A stretch of 64,000 nt of DNA, taken from positions 480,001 to 544,000 of the forward strand of contig CBDHDF010000002.1 in NCBI GenBank assembly GCA_965261545.1, given 5' to 3'. Shown here one piece after another: positions 52,230-64,000 of the stretch. Within the stretch, counting starts at the first letter, position 1; each line of letters starts with the position of its first letter. A model generated the notes under the pieces. The model ran no database searches and was not told the origin of the DNA. It saw only the letters and a program-made list of their open reading frames with translations. Origin of the DNA: Bdellovibrionales bacterium (lineage in GTDB: Bacteria; Bdellovibrionota; Bdellovibrionia; Bdellovibrionales; UBA1609). The translations under genes and the position numbers were made by a program.

Positions 52230-53872
52230 CAGCAATTCCCGTCGAAAAATAGTTTAGGCCACAGTAGCGGCTTCCAAAAGATTCGCCTCAAAAAGAGTTC
52301 GTAGACTTTTGCCTAAGTATCTGTTTGAATATTTGTTGTTGCACATCAGACCAAGGAGGGTTCGTCATGTCGCATCAACATTTTAGAAAAGGTCTATCCG
52401 CTTCAGGAATGTATTCCCTGCTACACAGTAAATCTCTTGCAGTTCCAGATATAAGATCGCAGCGTCCCCATAGGATTCCTCTGAGCGATGCCATTATGTC
52501 ATCTGTGGCAATGTTTGCCTTGAAAGATCCATCCATGCTTCAGTTTTGTGATCGTGTCCATGACCCAGTGGCAAAAAACAACCTACACCATTTGTTTCAA
52601 ATAGGCCAAATTCCTAGTGATACGGCTATGCGAGAGATTTTAGATCCTGTTCCAACCCGTGAGTTTCAAAATTTTTTTAAATCTTTGTTTACCGTAGCTC
52701 AAAGAGGGAAGGTTTTGGAGGGTTACCCATATTTGGGTGGAAAATATCTTCTCAGCATTGATGGAACAGGTGCCTTTAGCTCCTCGACTATTCATTGTGA
52801 GAATTGTTGTATAAAGAATCATCGTGATGAGACGAAGACCTACTATCATCAAATGTTAGCAGGAGTGATTGTTCACCCCGATAAGAAACAGGTTATACCT
52901 ATTGCTCCAGAGCCCATTTCAAACACAGATGGATCGAGCAAAAATGATTGTGAGCGTAATGCAGCCAAACGACTCCTTGAAGATTTTCGCAGGGAACACC
53001 CTCACCTTCCAGTGATTGTTATTGAGGATGGATTGGCTTCCAATGCTCCTCACATCACTCTTCTTAACGAATTAAAATTAAGTTATATTTTAGGCTGTAA
53101 GATGGGGGACCACAAAGTTTTATTTGAGTTTGTAAATGGAGCAGATAGCTTAGGAACAGTTTCTCACTTCACCGTGGTAGAGAATGGAGTGACACATGAA
53201 TTTCGATTCATAAATGATGTTTCACTCAATGATTCAAATCCTGATTGTCGAGTGAATTTTATTGAATACAAAGAAACGAAAGCAAACGGTAAGGTTCAGC
53301 ACTTTAGCTGGGTGACTGACATTGAGATCAACGAAGACAACATAATGCAAATAATGAGGGGGGGAAGAGCACGCTGGAAGATAGAAAATGAAACATTTAA
53401 TACGTTAAAGAATTTGGGTTACAACTTTGAGCACAATTTTGGCCACGGCAAGCAAAATTTGTGTAACAATTTAGCCGTGATTATGATGCTGGTATTTTTA
53501 GTGGACCAACTTCAACATTTGGCCTGTAAATTGTTTCAAAAGGCGGTAGAAAAAGAGAGGAGACTATCTTATCTATGGGATCATATGAGGGGGTATTTCC
53601 ATACCCTATACTTTAAAAATTGGCAGGAACTCCTCGCCATAATGGCTTATGGGATTAAGCCTATTGCTGCCTCAGATGTTTTCGACACATCATGAGCAGC
53701 CATTTTTCTCAAAGTGCCCCAAAGAGTTTAACGTATTTGCCCTAAACTAAAGTCTGGACATTCGCCTCTAAATGGCGAAGACGGGGAGGTTTACCTTATT
53801 CGATGCAGTGCAATTCTCACACTGAGATTTGGAGGAATTTCAATGTTTTTTCAAGCTCGGCGGGAATTTCTG
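52230..53872 (+). mobile_element. ISNCY-type element, copy B (transposase 52367-53695)
   Basis: Near-identical to 19900-21542; 9-bp TSD TCTCAGTGC. Confidence 0.94.
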
Positions 53873-54234
53873 TCTCAGTGCCCATTGGGTTGACTTAGTT
53901 TTCATAAGCTTTGAAGTAGATCCTAAAATTTTAGCACCTCATTTACCTTATGGAACAACACTGGATTTCTTTCATGGAAAAACCTATATCAGCCTCGTAG
54001 CATTTCTATTTAAAGATACCAAATTGGTAGGAAGAATTCCTGCCATCTTTCATCGAAACTTTGAAGAGATTAATCTAAGATTCTATGTTCTCAGGCAAGA
54101 AGGGCAGAATTTAAAAAGAGGGGTTGTTTTCATCAAAGAGTTTGTACCCAAGCCACTTCTTGCTTGGGTGGCACGGACCTTTTATCATGAAAATTATGCC
54201 AGTCTCCCCATATATAGCAAAATCAAAAGGGGAG

Positions 54235-57200
54235 TGTTAGGCGCCAATTAAAATTGGCCATTTTTAGAAGCCGTCGCCAATGAAAAACGGCCAGTTGATG
54301 ATGTACTGATTTAGTTATTCTTCGTTCAGAGTTTAGTCAAGTGTCTTTATTTTGCTCATCATTTAACTCGGACTATGCCACAAGATTCTGAGGAATGATT
54401 TTCTGCCCACCACTTTTGGCATGACCCCAAATGCATCCTTCAGCCCTATGGCAGAGGTAAATGGAGTATTTTTCAGGATTCCTTGGCGCAGCTAATGTCT
54501 AAAGCTCCGCGAGAGTGACGAGCAAATAGTACGGTAAAAGCCAGTTATCCATAAATTTATCCATGGCGACACTGCGGCTGTGACCCCGATGTCTAGCAAC
54601 GCAGTGCTGCTGTGGATAAATTTTGTGGATAACTGGCGAGTTCCTTCCCCAAAAGTGGGGATCTCTAATGAACTTCTTTGGTTGAACTTTCCTCTTTGCT
54701 CTGTTTAGACTTGGCTTTTGCCGATTCGGTTCTCCAACTTTCTTTTCCTTCAATGTTGAGGGTTTCACAGTTGTGAATGATTCGATCAACAGCAGCAGCG
54801 GTGGTAATAGGGTTAAGAAACACCTTATCCCATTCAGAGTATGTTAAGTTTGTAGTGATCATGAGACTTTTCCTTTCATATCGCTGAGATATGAATTGAA
54901 AGAAAAGATCTGCCCCCTCTGTGCAGGAAGCTGTATAGCCAAGTTCATCACAAGCAATAAGATCAAAACGGTCTAATTTCTTAAAAAGAGCATTCAATGA
55001 GAGTTCTTTCTTGCTTTCACGCATTGTTTCAATAAGTTCATGAGTGGTGACCCATAAACATCGATAGCCTTGTTCACAGAGTGAACGAACTAGGGACATG
55101 GCCAAATGACTTTTCCCCATTCCAAAGCTTCCGTAAAACACAACATTACAGGCTTTTCTGACCCACTCTCCCTCTGCCATCCAATTAATTTGCTGAGCTG
55201 TCACTCCCGTTCTTTTCTGGAAGTTATAAGTTTGGAGTGATTTAAGTTGAGGAAGCTTGGCCCCCTTAAGCAATCTTTTCACTCTCTGGGAATGCTTGTC
55301 AGCAAGCTCATTTTGAACGAGTATACCTAAATACTGTTCATACGTCTTTTTTGTTTTTTCGGCAACTCTAGCCGTTGCAACATATTCATCCGCCATCGCT
55401 GGAAGTCGGAGTTTTTTAAGAGAACCTATAAGTTCTTCGTGATTCATTAAGAACCTCCTATGTTTGGAACAAGACTGTCATATTGAGACAATCTAGGTTG
55501 AAGTGGTTTTTGTTGGTCATTCAAATTAATTTTGGTGGGATTGCCTAAGAGCAAATCTTTTATGGATTTAAAGTCGAAAATCTCACGACTTTCTAATTGA
55601 AGCTCCATGGCTGTAGATAAGTCCTGCCAACTCACATGCTGAATCAAGTTGATAACTCTTAAATATTCATGCTCGGCACGGCTTGAATCTTGTTGCTTGA
55701 GGTATTGATAAAAATTTTCAAACACATTTGTTGGAAAAAGAATGGATCGGTGAGCCCATCTTACCATGGCTTGCGGCTTACGAACTAAAGAGGGAAGGAT
55801 ATGTTCAAGAAGAAGACTATGCTCCCCATCAGGTTTTCTTTGATGGCGAGCGACAATTTCTTGCTTCCCTCCTGCACGATAGATCGTGACATGATAGGGA
55901 CCCTGTACGGTTTTACAGGGAGATTGGATCACCTCATCAGGTATGGAATATGTGGTTTTACCTATTCTCAAAGTCCCATAACCATTACTTTGACAAATAT
56001 TCACCTTACAGAGAATATCTTCATCTCGTGGAGGCAAAGGCTTAAGAACTTTGGCCTCCTCCTCAAAGCGAGATTTGGTGGAGTCACTCTGATGCTGATC
56101 CATATAAGACTCTAAAAACTGATTCAAATGATCCCAGTCTTTAAAAACAATTCCTTTGTTTCTAACAATATTTTTTATCCGAGAACTGAAGGTTCGAATA
56201 TCACGCTCCACATCTCCCTTGTCAGAGCCCTTCCCTGCGCGGCAGGGAAGAACCTTAAATCCATAGTATTGGATGGCTCGATCAAAAGATTGGGTGTAAA
56301 TTCGCTGATTTCCTTTAAGAACTTTCTTCACACAGGGAGATAAATTATCAATACGGATGTTCGCACTCATCCCACCTATCTTTTCAAAAAAAGCATGCAC
56401 CCCATCGATGAAACACTCATAGACAAGAAAGGGGTAGGCACGAACCCAACAGGTGCCACTACAAGGCAATGTTCCAAAATGGAGATGAACGATCTGAACA
56501 CCATCGGCAAATGGTAAAGCAACCTTCTCCTTAAAATCAAACTGAGCCTGTTCTCCAGGATCATATCTTTGGCTGAAAAAACGCTCCTTGGGGCGAGAAC
56601 CAAGAATCTCACAAACTCTTCTCTGAACCGTTCTCTCACTCCCACGATAACCCTCCTCAACTAATAGCTCATATATTTCACGGGCGGTGTTACTTGGGTT
56701 CAACTTCAAAAAGTACTTCACCCGATCCATATATCCATTAAGGGGATCTGGGCGAGTTCTTTTGGACCTCGCCTTGTACTTCGGTGGGGTGTTGGACTCA
56801 CAGTACTTGCGCACCGTCTTACGATTGATCCCTAATTCACGAGATATTTCTGTCTTATTTTTACCACTGTGACTCAGGTCACGAATGCGGCCGAAAGTGT
56901 ATTGACTAATCATAAGATCCTCCTCATTGCTAACCTTTTGAGTTGCAAGAGGGAGGGACTCTGTGAGCTTAGTATCTATATCAGAAGAAGAGACTTCATT
57001 GTCTAGTATTTGAACACTCCCTGAAGATTGGTCACTTTTCATTGGCGACAACCTCCATATTGAAAGTGGGACATTTTAATTGGCGACGGCTTTAAGGGAA
57101 GCCTGTCTTTAGAAAGAAATTCCATGAAAATTGAGGCAAATGTTGGAATCTTGTGGAATTTAAATACTTTAGAAAATGGGCACAGCCTAAACAGGCTTTT

Positions 57201-57480
57201 CTTGACTATATATTTAACCTCATTGAAATCCAGAAACAGTCTACAAATGACAAATATGGAACCTGAATAGGCTGTCATGGAAGGACTCTCCAACACGGAG
57301 CCCCTTTCCAGGTCGACAAGAACCCAAAAGGAGTTCTTATCAGCTCGGAGCCTTTTTATGAGTAATATCAATTGATTATATGCGTCTCGGTTGACAATGC
57401 CAAAAATCACCATAGGTCCTCCTCTGAAAAGTGGCCACTTTTCATTGGCGACGGTGGGGCATTTTAATTGTCAGCTAACA
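54235..57480 (-). mobile_element. IS21-family element type 2, copy B (istB 54665-55447, istA 55447-56913)
   Basis: Near-identical to 41070-44315; 5-bp TSD GGGAG. Confidence 0.95.
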
Positions 57481-58213
57481 GGGAGAACACTACAAGTACC
57501 AGTGGAGTTCTCACAGTGTAACCGTTCATTCCAGTGGCAAACTACTAAAGGCCACAGAGCAATCCCTGGATCGATGGATTACAGAGCACTACTGGGGTTA
57601 CACTCGCATAGGAGGACCCCATAAAACATGGGAGTACAAAGTTCAACACCCCGTGTGGGACCTCTACGTAGTCACTGGTCACCATTTAGATGTAAACTTT
57701 GAAGCACTTTATGGACAAGAATTTGAAACTTGTACAGCAACTCAGCCCTCCTCTGTAATTTTAGCCCAAGGCTCTGAAGTAAATGTCCACTGGCCTAAGC
57801 ATATCAAAGCAACAGGTCTCCATTCATGAAGGAGAGCCTTAGTCTCTGCCTGAATACTCTAATGACAGGTGCCCTTTTACGTCACTTATGTTGAAAAGAT
57901 TGATAGTTTTTGCCGCCACCCCCTTTCATGCAACCTCATTCACTTTAAAGCCTCTCAGGTCGAACCTCAAGAAATCAAATAGCATAAATAGCGTTGTCCC
58001 AAAAATGGCCTCGTTTAAATAGGAGGTCGCCTTAAATGGACCATGGGTGGTCCATTGAAGATATTTAAATATTTCAGAAAAAAAGTGTGTCATTTCATAA
58101 TGATAAATACTTTTCTTTTGCACACACCTCATATCTTGACCCAAACTTTGGTCAATGGAATGACAGTGAGATGGTGTGAGTTCCTTGAAACCCACTTAGG
58201 TTTGAATACAGAT

Positions 58214-58230
58214 TTGGCATGATTTATGCT
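58214..58230 (+). promoter_or_regulatory. Sigma54 (-24/-12) promoter candidate
   Basis: TTGGCATGATTTATGCT = GG-N10-GC, upstream of a bEBP-led operon; palindromes at 58035-58056 and 58136-58155. Confidence 0.68.
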
Positions 58231-58532
58231 TATAAAAATCTATGAAAGCATTTTTTAATTTACATCATTTGAACTTACATCATAAAGGCTCATATATTTT
58301 TAGGTCTATATTAGAAACCACATCTTTTGATTTACTCCCCATCATAGCCTCTAAATATTACAGGAAAGAAAAGAACTAAGAGGAATTAAGAATAAGGTGT
58401 CACGCCCACCTATATATGAAAGACATGTTCATAACATGAAAGACATGCTCATATAGTTCATATAGATATATAGGTCGTATAAAGGGCTGTAGGCAATAGA
58501 TTCGATTCTACAATAGTGGGAGGTATCAATCA

Positions 58533-59963
58533 ATGAACTATAAAATTCTTATCGCCGATGACCAAGAATCTGTTCTTGATAATTTTCGAGAAATGTTCAA
58601 AAACCATTTGGACATTGAGCCCACCCTGACCCAACAATCCTTGGATGCCTTAAAGCTTATCCAAGAAAACCCCTATGATTATGCCGTTGTTGTTCTGGAC
58701 TATCATTTTGAAGGTCAAAAACTCAATGGAGCGCAGGTGGCTCAAGAGATTCTTAAGATCAACCCCAAGCTGATTGTTCTTATTTGCACAGGGGACATGG
58801 GGCGAGAAGCTCCTATTTCTTGTCTCAAGGCCGGAGTGAGTGACTTCATTCAAAAAGACGAACCCCTTGATAAGATTATTGCTAGAATTAGATCCAATTT
58901 TAGGAAGTTTGATGAACTCTCACGAGTGGTGACAAGCAAATCCACCCAATGTCAGTCCCACCAAAAAGAATTTGAAGATGCATCTCTGATTTCAAAATTG
59001 GGTATGGTCGGTTGCTCTGCATCTATGGCTTCAGTGGCACAAAAGGTCTTGACCTTGAGTAAAAATGGAGGGGATAAATCGACAATACTTATTCGTGGTG
59101 AGTCGGGAACAGGAAAAGAGCTTGTTGCAAGAGCCATTCATGAAAACTCATCTCGAAAGGCAAAGCTTCGCATTGATATCAATTGTGCTTCTATTCCAGA
59201 GGGTCTTTTAGAATCAGAGCTTTTTGGCCATGAAAAGGGAGCCTTTACGGGAGCGGATAAAAAGCGACTTGGTAAGTTTCAGGTGGCCACAGGTGGTACA
59301 ATTTTTCTTGATGAAATTGGTGAAATGCCCAAAGAACTTCAGGCTAAACTTCTTCGAGTCTTACAAGAAAAAACCATTGAACCCATTGGCTCCAACTCTC
59401 CCATACCTGTGGACGTTCGAGTGATTGCCGCAACACATGTGAACCTTGAGGAAAAGGTTGAATCTGGGGAATTTAGGGAAGACCTCTTTTATCGACTGAA
59501 CCAAATACCCCTCTTTATTCCCTCCCTAAGAGAGCGTCCCGAAGACGTTGCCCCCTTGGTCACCCACTTTATGGACAAGCACTCTGGGAGAGAAAAGAAA
59601 AAACTTATGTATAAGACCTTGCAATACTTAAAATCTTACCAGTGGAATGGCAATATTCGTGAACTCGAAAACACCATCAAGCAATTGGTTGTTTTAACCC
59701 CCAGTGATGAGATTCGTCCAGAGCATCTTGATGCTAAGATATTTGAAGCCAACAGCAGGGCGGCCACAATGTCGTATCCAGAGTTTAAAAATATTGTGAA
59801 TAAAAAAGTCGAAGAGGAAGAAAAAGAATTTCTTGTCTCAAGAATAAGAGCTTATCCCTCCTTAAGGGCTGCGGCAAAAGCTCTATCTATACCAAAAACT
59901 TCACTCCAGAGAAAACTCTCTGAATGGGGATATTCTTCAAAGGGCGAGGGGGTGTTGGTATGA
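58533..59963 (+). CDS. Sigma54-dependent response regulator (NtrC/AtoC-like bEBP)
   Basis: Receiver (ILIADD, VVVLD), GESGTGKE, GAFTGA, FLDEIGE, FREDLFYRL, C-terminal Fis-type HTH. Confidence 0.95.
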   Translation: MNYKILIADDQESVLDNFREMFKNHLDIEPTLTQQSLDALKLIQENPYDYAVVVLDYHFEGQKLNGAQVAQEILKINPKLIVLICTGDMGREAPISCLKAGVSDFIQKDEPLDKIIARIRSNFRKFDELSRVVTSKSTQCQSHQKEFEDASLISKLGMVGCSASMASVAQKVLTLSKNGGDKSTILIRGESGTGKELVARAIHENSSRKAKLRIDINCASIPEGLLESELFGHEKGAFTGADKKRLGKFQVATGGTIFLDEIGEMPKELQAKLLRVLQEKTIEPIGSNSPIPVDVRVIAATHVNLEEKVESGEFREDLFYRLNQIPLFIPSLRERPEDVAPLVTHFMDKHSGREKKKLMYKTLQYLKSYQWNGNIRELENTIKQLVVLTPSDEIRPEHLDAKIFEANSRAATMSYPEFKNIVNKKVEEEEKEFLVSRIRAYPSLRAAAKALSIPKTSLQRKLSEWGYSSKGEGVLV

Positions 59964-62774
59964 GTTTCTTAAAAACAATGGAAGACTATCTACTCAAAAA
60001 GGCTATAAAGCATATTGGAGGCCAAAAAAACATGGCCATTCAACTGGACATTACAAATGCCTGCAATCTTAAATGTTCCCACTGTTACCATTCCAATCAT
60101 AAAAATACGGGAGCTTTAAACCTTGAAGGCTGGCTTGAGATTCTTGACCAGTACGACAAGATGCTTCAAACTCTCAAGCTACAACCCTATATTGTGATTT
60201 GCGGTGGGGAACCCACATTAAGCCCCCTGAATTCATGGTTAAAAATATACACCAGGATTATTCTTCTTCAAAAATTTTGAAAAAATCTCATTTTCAAAGG
60301 GAAAATTCAATTTTTTCTTAGATTTTAATAAAAAATCTATTTTCATTTTCTCAAAAATGGTGTATAAAATATACACCATGACAAAGGGGGTGAAATGAGT
60401 TTTATAAGAAGAATAAAGAAAAAGAACGGTCAAGTTTATTTAGCTGAGGTTGAAAATAAGTGGATTGATGGTAAGTCTGTGCAAAAACACATTCGTTATC
60501 TTGGCAAAGAAGTCGACGGTGAAACAGTAATTTCTCTTTCATCAAAAGATCTTCAAGTTGATAGTGTAAAAATTTATGGCCCACTTCTTGTATTTCATAG
60601 TATTGCGAAGAAGATTAATCTTCCAGATATTCTAGGAGAATATTCTAATGAAATATTAAGTATGGTTTATGCTCATTGTATGGATTATAAGAGTGTTCAC
60701 AAAATGCCATCATGGTATAAGCGTACAGATTTAAATCTTCTTTTAGGTTTAGACAAGCTAACAGAAAATCGTTTAGTCTCAGCCATGGATAATCTAAATG
60801 AATCTAAGATACATGAATATCAAAGAAATATCTTTAACAATGTAAAGAAGATATATAAATTAAATTCAAAAGGAATTGTTTACGATGTAACAAATACTTA
60901 TTTTCATGGAAAAACATGTGGTTTTGGAGAGAAAGGAAAGAGTAAAGATGGCAAACGTCAAAATGACCTCATACAAATAGGTTTAGCAACAACTCAAAAA
61001 GAAGGCATCCCAGTTTTTCATAAAAGTTTCAAGGGAAATATTCATGACAGTAGAACCTTAATGTCTCTTTCAGATAGTTTTAGTGAGTACCGATTGAATT
61101 CAGGTTTATTTGTATATGACCGAGGCATCACCTCTGAAAAAAACCTAAATTCTATAGGTAAAATGGGCTGGAAAACACTTTGTGGATTAACAATGAGAGA
61201 AAAAGAAAAGAATGCCATTAGAAAATTGTTGAAGAAGGGGTCTATGGATCAATTTTCTAACATGGTTCAAATAAATGGAAATGTTATTTATGTCAAAGGA
61301 ATTCCACACAAATTTGGATCGATTAAAGGAAAATTAGCCATTTGTTATAATGAGACTAAGAGAATAGAGATTAAAGAATCTAGAAGAAACAAAATTGTGG
61401 AAGCTCAGAAATTAATAAATGAAAATAAAGAAATTTTGATCGGTCTTGATAAATATTTAACTTCTACAGGAAGATTAAGAGAATTCGTACTTCAAAATGC
61501 TGAAGAATTTGATGGATACTCATGTATTTTTTGTACTAAAAATATACCTGATGAAGATATGGTAAGACTTTATTATGATAAAGATATTATAGAAAAAGCA
61601 TTTCGTACTCTTAAGGGAGTATCAAAGTTAAGGCCTATTCGATTTAGATTAAAAAAACGTGTGGAGACTCACGTGTTTATATGCTATTTATCTTATCTTA
61701 TACTATCAATTTTAAAATTAAACTTAAAATCTAAAGGCATAGATATATCGTCAGAAAAAGCAATTGAAGATTTAGAGGATATGTACAATGTTTATTTTTG
61801 TGATAATAAAAAGAAAAATAAATTTATTAGATCTGTGACTTTAAGTAAACATCAAGAAAGAATATTACGATCAGTAGACTCAAATGTTCTCAAAAACCAT
61901 GTGATACGCCCTTAAGAAACCTGGTGTATACTTCTGGGCAGAAATTCAGGTAAGCCCTTATCTCTTTTCTATTCTAAAAAGAGCCAATGAGCTTTGGGAA
62001 AGTCCCACCATTACGATTCTCACCAATGGCACAAGGCTTACGGACAAACTACTGTCTTCCCTCAGTGAGTACAATATGCGGTTTCAAGTCTCTTTAGATG
62101 GCCCTGATGCTAAGAGGCATGATGCTCTTCGTGGTAAAGGGAATTTCCAAAAGGCACTGGAGGGAGCCAAACGGGCAAAGCAGTACGGCATTGAGACAAA
62201 CATTTTAAGTATTTTATCAAAGAAGACCTCCCATTGGATTCCAGAGTTCTTTCAAATGGCCAAGGAAAACAGCCTTGATTCCATGAGTTTTACAAGATTT
62301 ATCCCACAGGGTTTTGGCGCAGAACTTGTCGAAACGGGTGGGGATGATTCCTTATATGGTTTTGAGTTAAGAGATGCCATGCAGTCCATCATCCATTTTT
62401 CAGAAAAATATGAAGTTCCAACTTCAACAGACCACCCCTTATATCACCTCATTGACCCCACGCTTGGTCATAATGGCCGTTTTGGATTTCAGGGCCTTGT
62501 TGTGGATTACAAAGGTAACTTGAAGGTCTCCAGCAGAGCCGACTACATACTTGGAAATATACTCGACGAAGGTCTTCAAAATTTATTTTTACACCATCCT
62601 TTGATGAAGGATTTGAGAACCCCCCAAAAGATCAATGGGTGCGGTGCTTGTATGTATTATACCCGATGTGGTGGAAATAGAAATATAAGCTATGCCACAA
62701 CAGGAAGTTTCTTAGAAAAAGATAAAGGATGTTGGATTCCGTCAGCATCTACAAAGAAAGGAGTTGTCGCATGA
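59960..62774 (+). pseudogene. Radical SAM/SPASM-like enzyme split by an IS1634 insertion
   Basis: CNLKCSHC, GGEP; removing the IS and one TAAGCCC restores GGEPTLSPYLFSIL..TNGT..QVSLDG; C-terminal Cx2Cx5Cx20C. Confidence 0.92.
60226..61950 (+). mobile_element. IS1634-family element (transposase 60395-61915)
   Basis: TIR CCTGAATT..TATACACCAGG; TSD TAAGCC(C), 6-7 bp; YDVTNTYF, YDRG, IEKAFRTLK motifs. Confidence 0.93.
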
Positions 62775-63145
62775 AGAAGTTAATAAGAAAAAGTATTTTA
62801 GGAATTATATCTCTTATGCCAATACAAGCATTAGGATTTGCTTCAGATTTTTCCTCAATTTTTTTATCAGACATATATGAAGATAGTGCTCCAAATACTG
62901 CAAACCAAGAATATGAAAAAGAACTTGTGAGACGACTTGAAGAGGGAACACTGTCTCATAAATATTATGATTTCATGGAAAAGCATAGAATACATAGCAC
63001 GGATGATCTATTGTCTTCTCGATCTCAGAATCATTTAAAGAAGCTCACAAGAGAATTTATTAAAGATATCCATGAACCACTTCTTGCAAGTAAAAATGTG
63101 ATATTATCAGAAAATCTAAGCGACGCATGGCCAAAGAAAAAATGA
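62771..63145 (+). CDS. Secreted small protein (124 aa), candidate peptide precursor
   Basis: RBS AAAGGAG; ATGA overlap with the rSAM stop; signal MKKLIRKSILGIISLMPIQALGFA; ends SDAWPKKK. Confidence 0.8.
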   Translation: MKKLIRKSILGIISLMPIQALGFASDFSSIFLSDIYEDSAPNTANQEYEKELVRRLEEGTLSHKYYDFMEKHRIHSTDDLLSSRSQNHLKKLTREFIKDIHEPLLASKNVILSENLSDAWPKKK

Positions 63146-64000
63146 AAAATAAAAAGGATTTTTGTATAATGAAGAAAATATTATTTTTAACTACCTTAAT
63201 TATGGCTATATCTTTTATTTATTGGATAGGTAGCCAAAAGGAGAAAGGTGAGATGATCTTAAAAGTAGGATATCCTGGCAATTGGCATGACCTTATACCA
63301 TCACTTCAACATACGGCTTATGCTGACGATATCATGCATAACCAATTTGAAACATTAGTTGTTATTGGCAGAAATGGAAAATCTGAAAGCATGGCCGCCA
63401 AATCGTGGTCCATCAGTGATGACAAAAGATCATTTACTTTCAATATTGATACAACTCGTAAATTCTCCAATGGAGTTTCGTTATCAGCAACTCACTTCAA
63501 GGAGGCATGGGAGTATAGTCTCACCATTGATCCAAAATCTTCAAATAATAGCTTACTCGATGTTCTTTATAAAATTAAAGGATTTGAAGACTATGAAAAA
63601 AATGGAGAAATATCTGGAATTAAGGTTATTGATGACTCTACTTTAAGAATTGACTTTCAGAATACTTTTCGCATAGGTCTCAATCATTTGGCTGGAACAA
63701 GAATGGCTGCCTTCATAAGGGAAGGAAATAAGTTTCTTGGCACAGGACCCTATGTCATCAACCCAATAAGCAGTGAAGAGCTTCTTCTTACTAAAAATAA
63801 TTTCTATGAAGAGTCGATACCTTTTGACAAGGTGAGCGTCAAAGTTGTTCCTCCTCAGCATTCTCGTGATGCGCTAGGAAGAGGTGAAATTGATCTTTAT
63901 AAATTTGCTGAGATTGGTTATATTGATTCTTGCTTTGATAAAAATGTAGAATGTATTTCTGGCTCTGAAAATCGCCATATAGCTATAGCACTTAACGGAA
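63142..64000 (+). CDS. Family-5 (OppA/DppA-like) solute-binding protein, runs off the window end; absent from the ORF track
   Basis: Hand translation: N-terminal TM, NQFETLV..G..MAAKSWSISDDKRSFTF.I...KFSNG, GIKVIDDSTLRI, LGTGPY; ATGA overlap with the upstream stop. Confidence 0.88.
   Translation, partial: MKNKKDFCIMKKILFLTTLIMAISFIYWIGSQKEKGEMILKVGYPGNWHDLIPSLQHTAYADDIMHNQFETLVVIGRNGKSESMAAKSWSISDDKRSFTFNIDTTRKFSNGVSLSATHFKEAWEYSLTIDPKSSNNSLLDVLYKIKGFEDYEKNGEISGIKVIDDSTLRIDFQNTFRIGLNHLAGTRMAAFIREGNKFLGTGPYVINPISSEELLLTKNNFYEESIPFDKVSVKVVPPQHSRDALGRGEIDLYKFAEIGYIDSCFDKNVECISGSENRHIAIALNG

Larger units (their letters stand above)
52183..57829 (+). pseudogene. YqjF/DUF2071-family gene interrupted by two IS elements
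   Basis: Pieces 52183-52229, 53882-54234 and 57486-57829 join in frame: FLSAHWVDL..FEEINLRFYV..RGVVFIKE..ITEHYWGY..EYKVQHPVW. Confidence 0.88.

Noticed and set aside
63359..63861. ORFs 63359-63646 (+) and 63643-63861 (-)
   Set aside because: They overlap the SBP reading frame that runs off the window end

Overview
IS-saturated accessory region of a bacterial genome. About half of the 64 kb (my sum of delimited elements is ~33 kb) is insertion sequence or MITE DNA from IS4, IS3, IS21, IS1634, IS256, IS66, IS5-like and ISNCY families. Many elements are nested, near-identical in pairs and carry exact target-site duplications, which points to a recent IS bloom. The interrupted cargo comprises: four DUF285/BspA-like repeat lipoproteins, three of which share constant caps around 29, 12 and 10 shuffled 75-bp modules; a tandem pair of secreted pentapeptide-repeat genes with an unusually constrained 15-bp unit; a tyrosine integrase-excisionase module with a papain-fold peptidase cassette; an inverted duplication of an HTH regulator and pseudo-histidine-kinase pair; and two ORF-less group II intron remnants. 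At the right edge lies the best candidate for an undescribed system, a sigma54-driven, translationally coupled operon: response regulator/bEBP, radical SAM with an atypical SPASM domain, secreted protein ending W-P-K, and OppA-like binding protein. I infer a modified-peptide signalling circuit. All family assignments come from motif recognition by eye; no database searches were run. No rRNA, complete tRNA or CRISPR array was seen.
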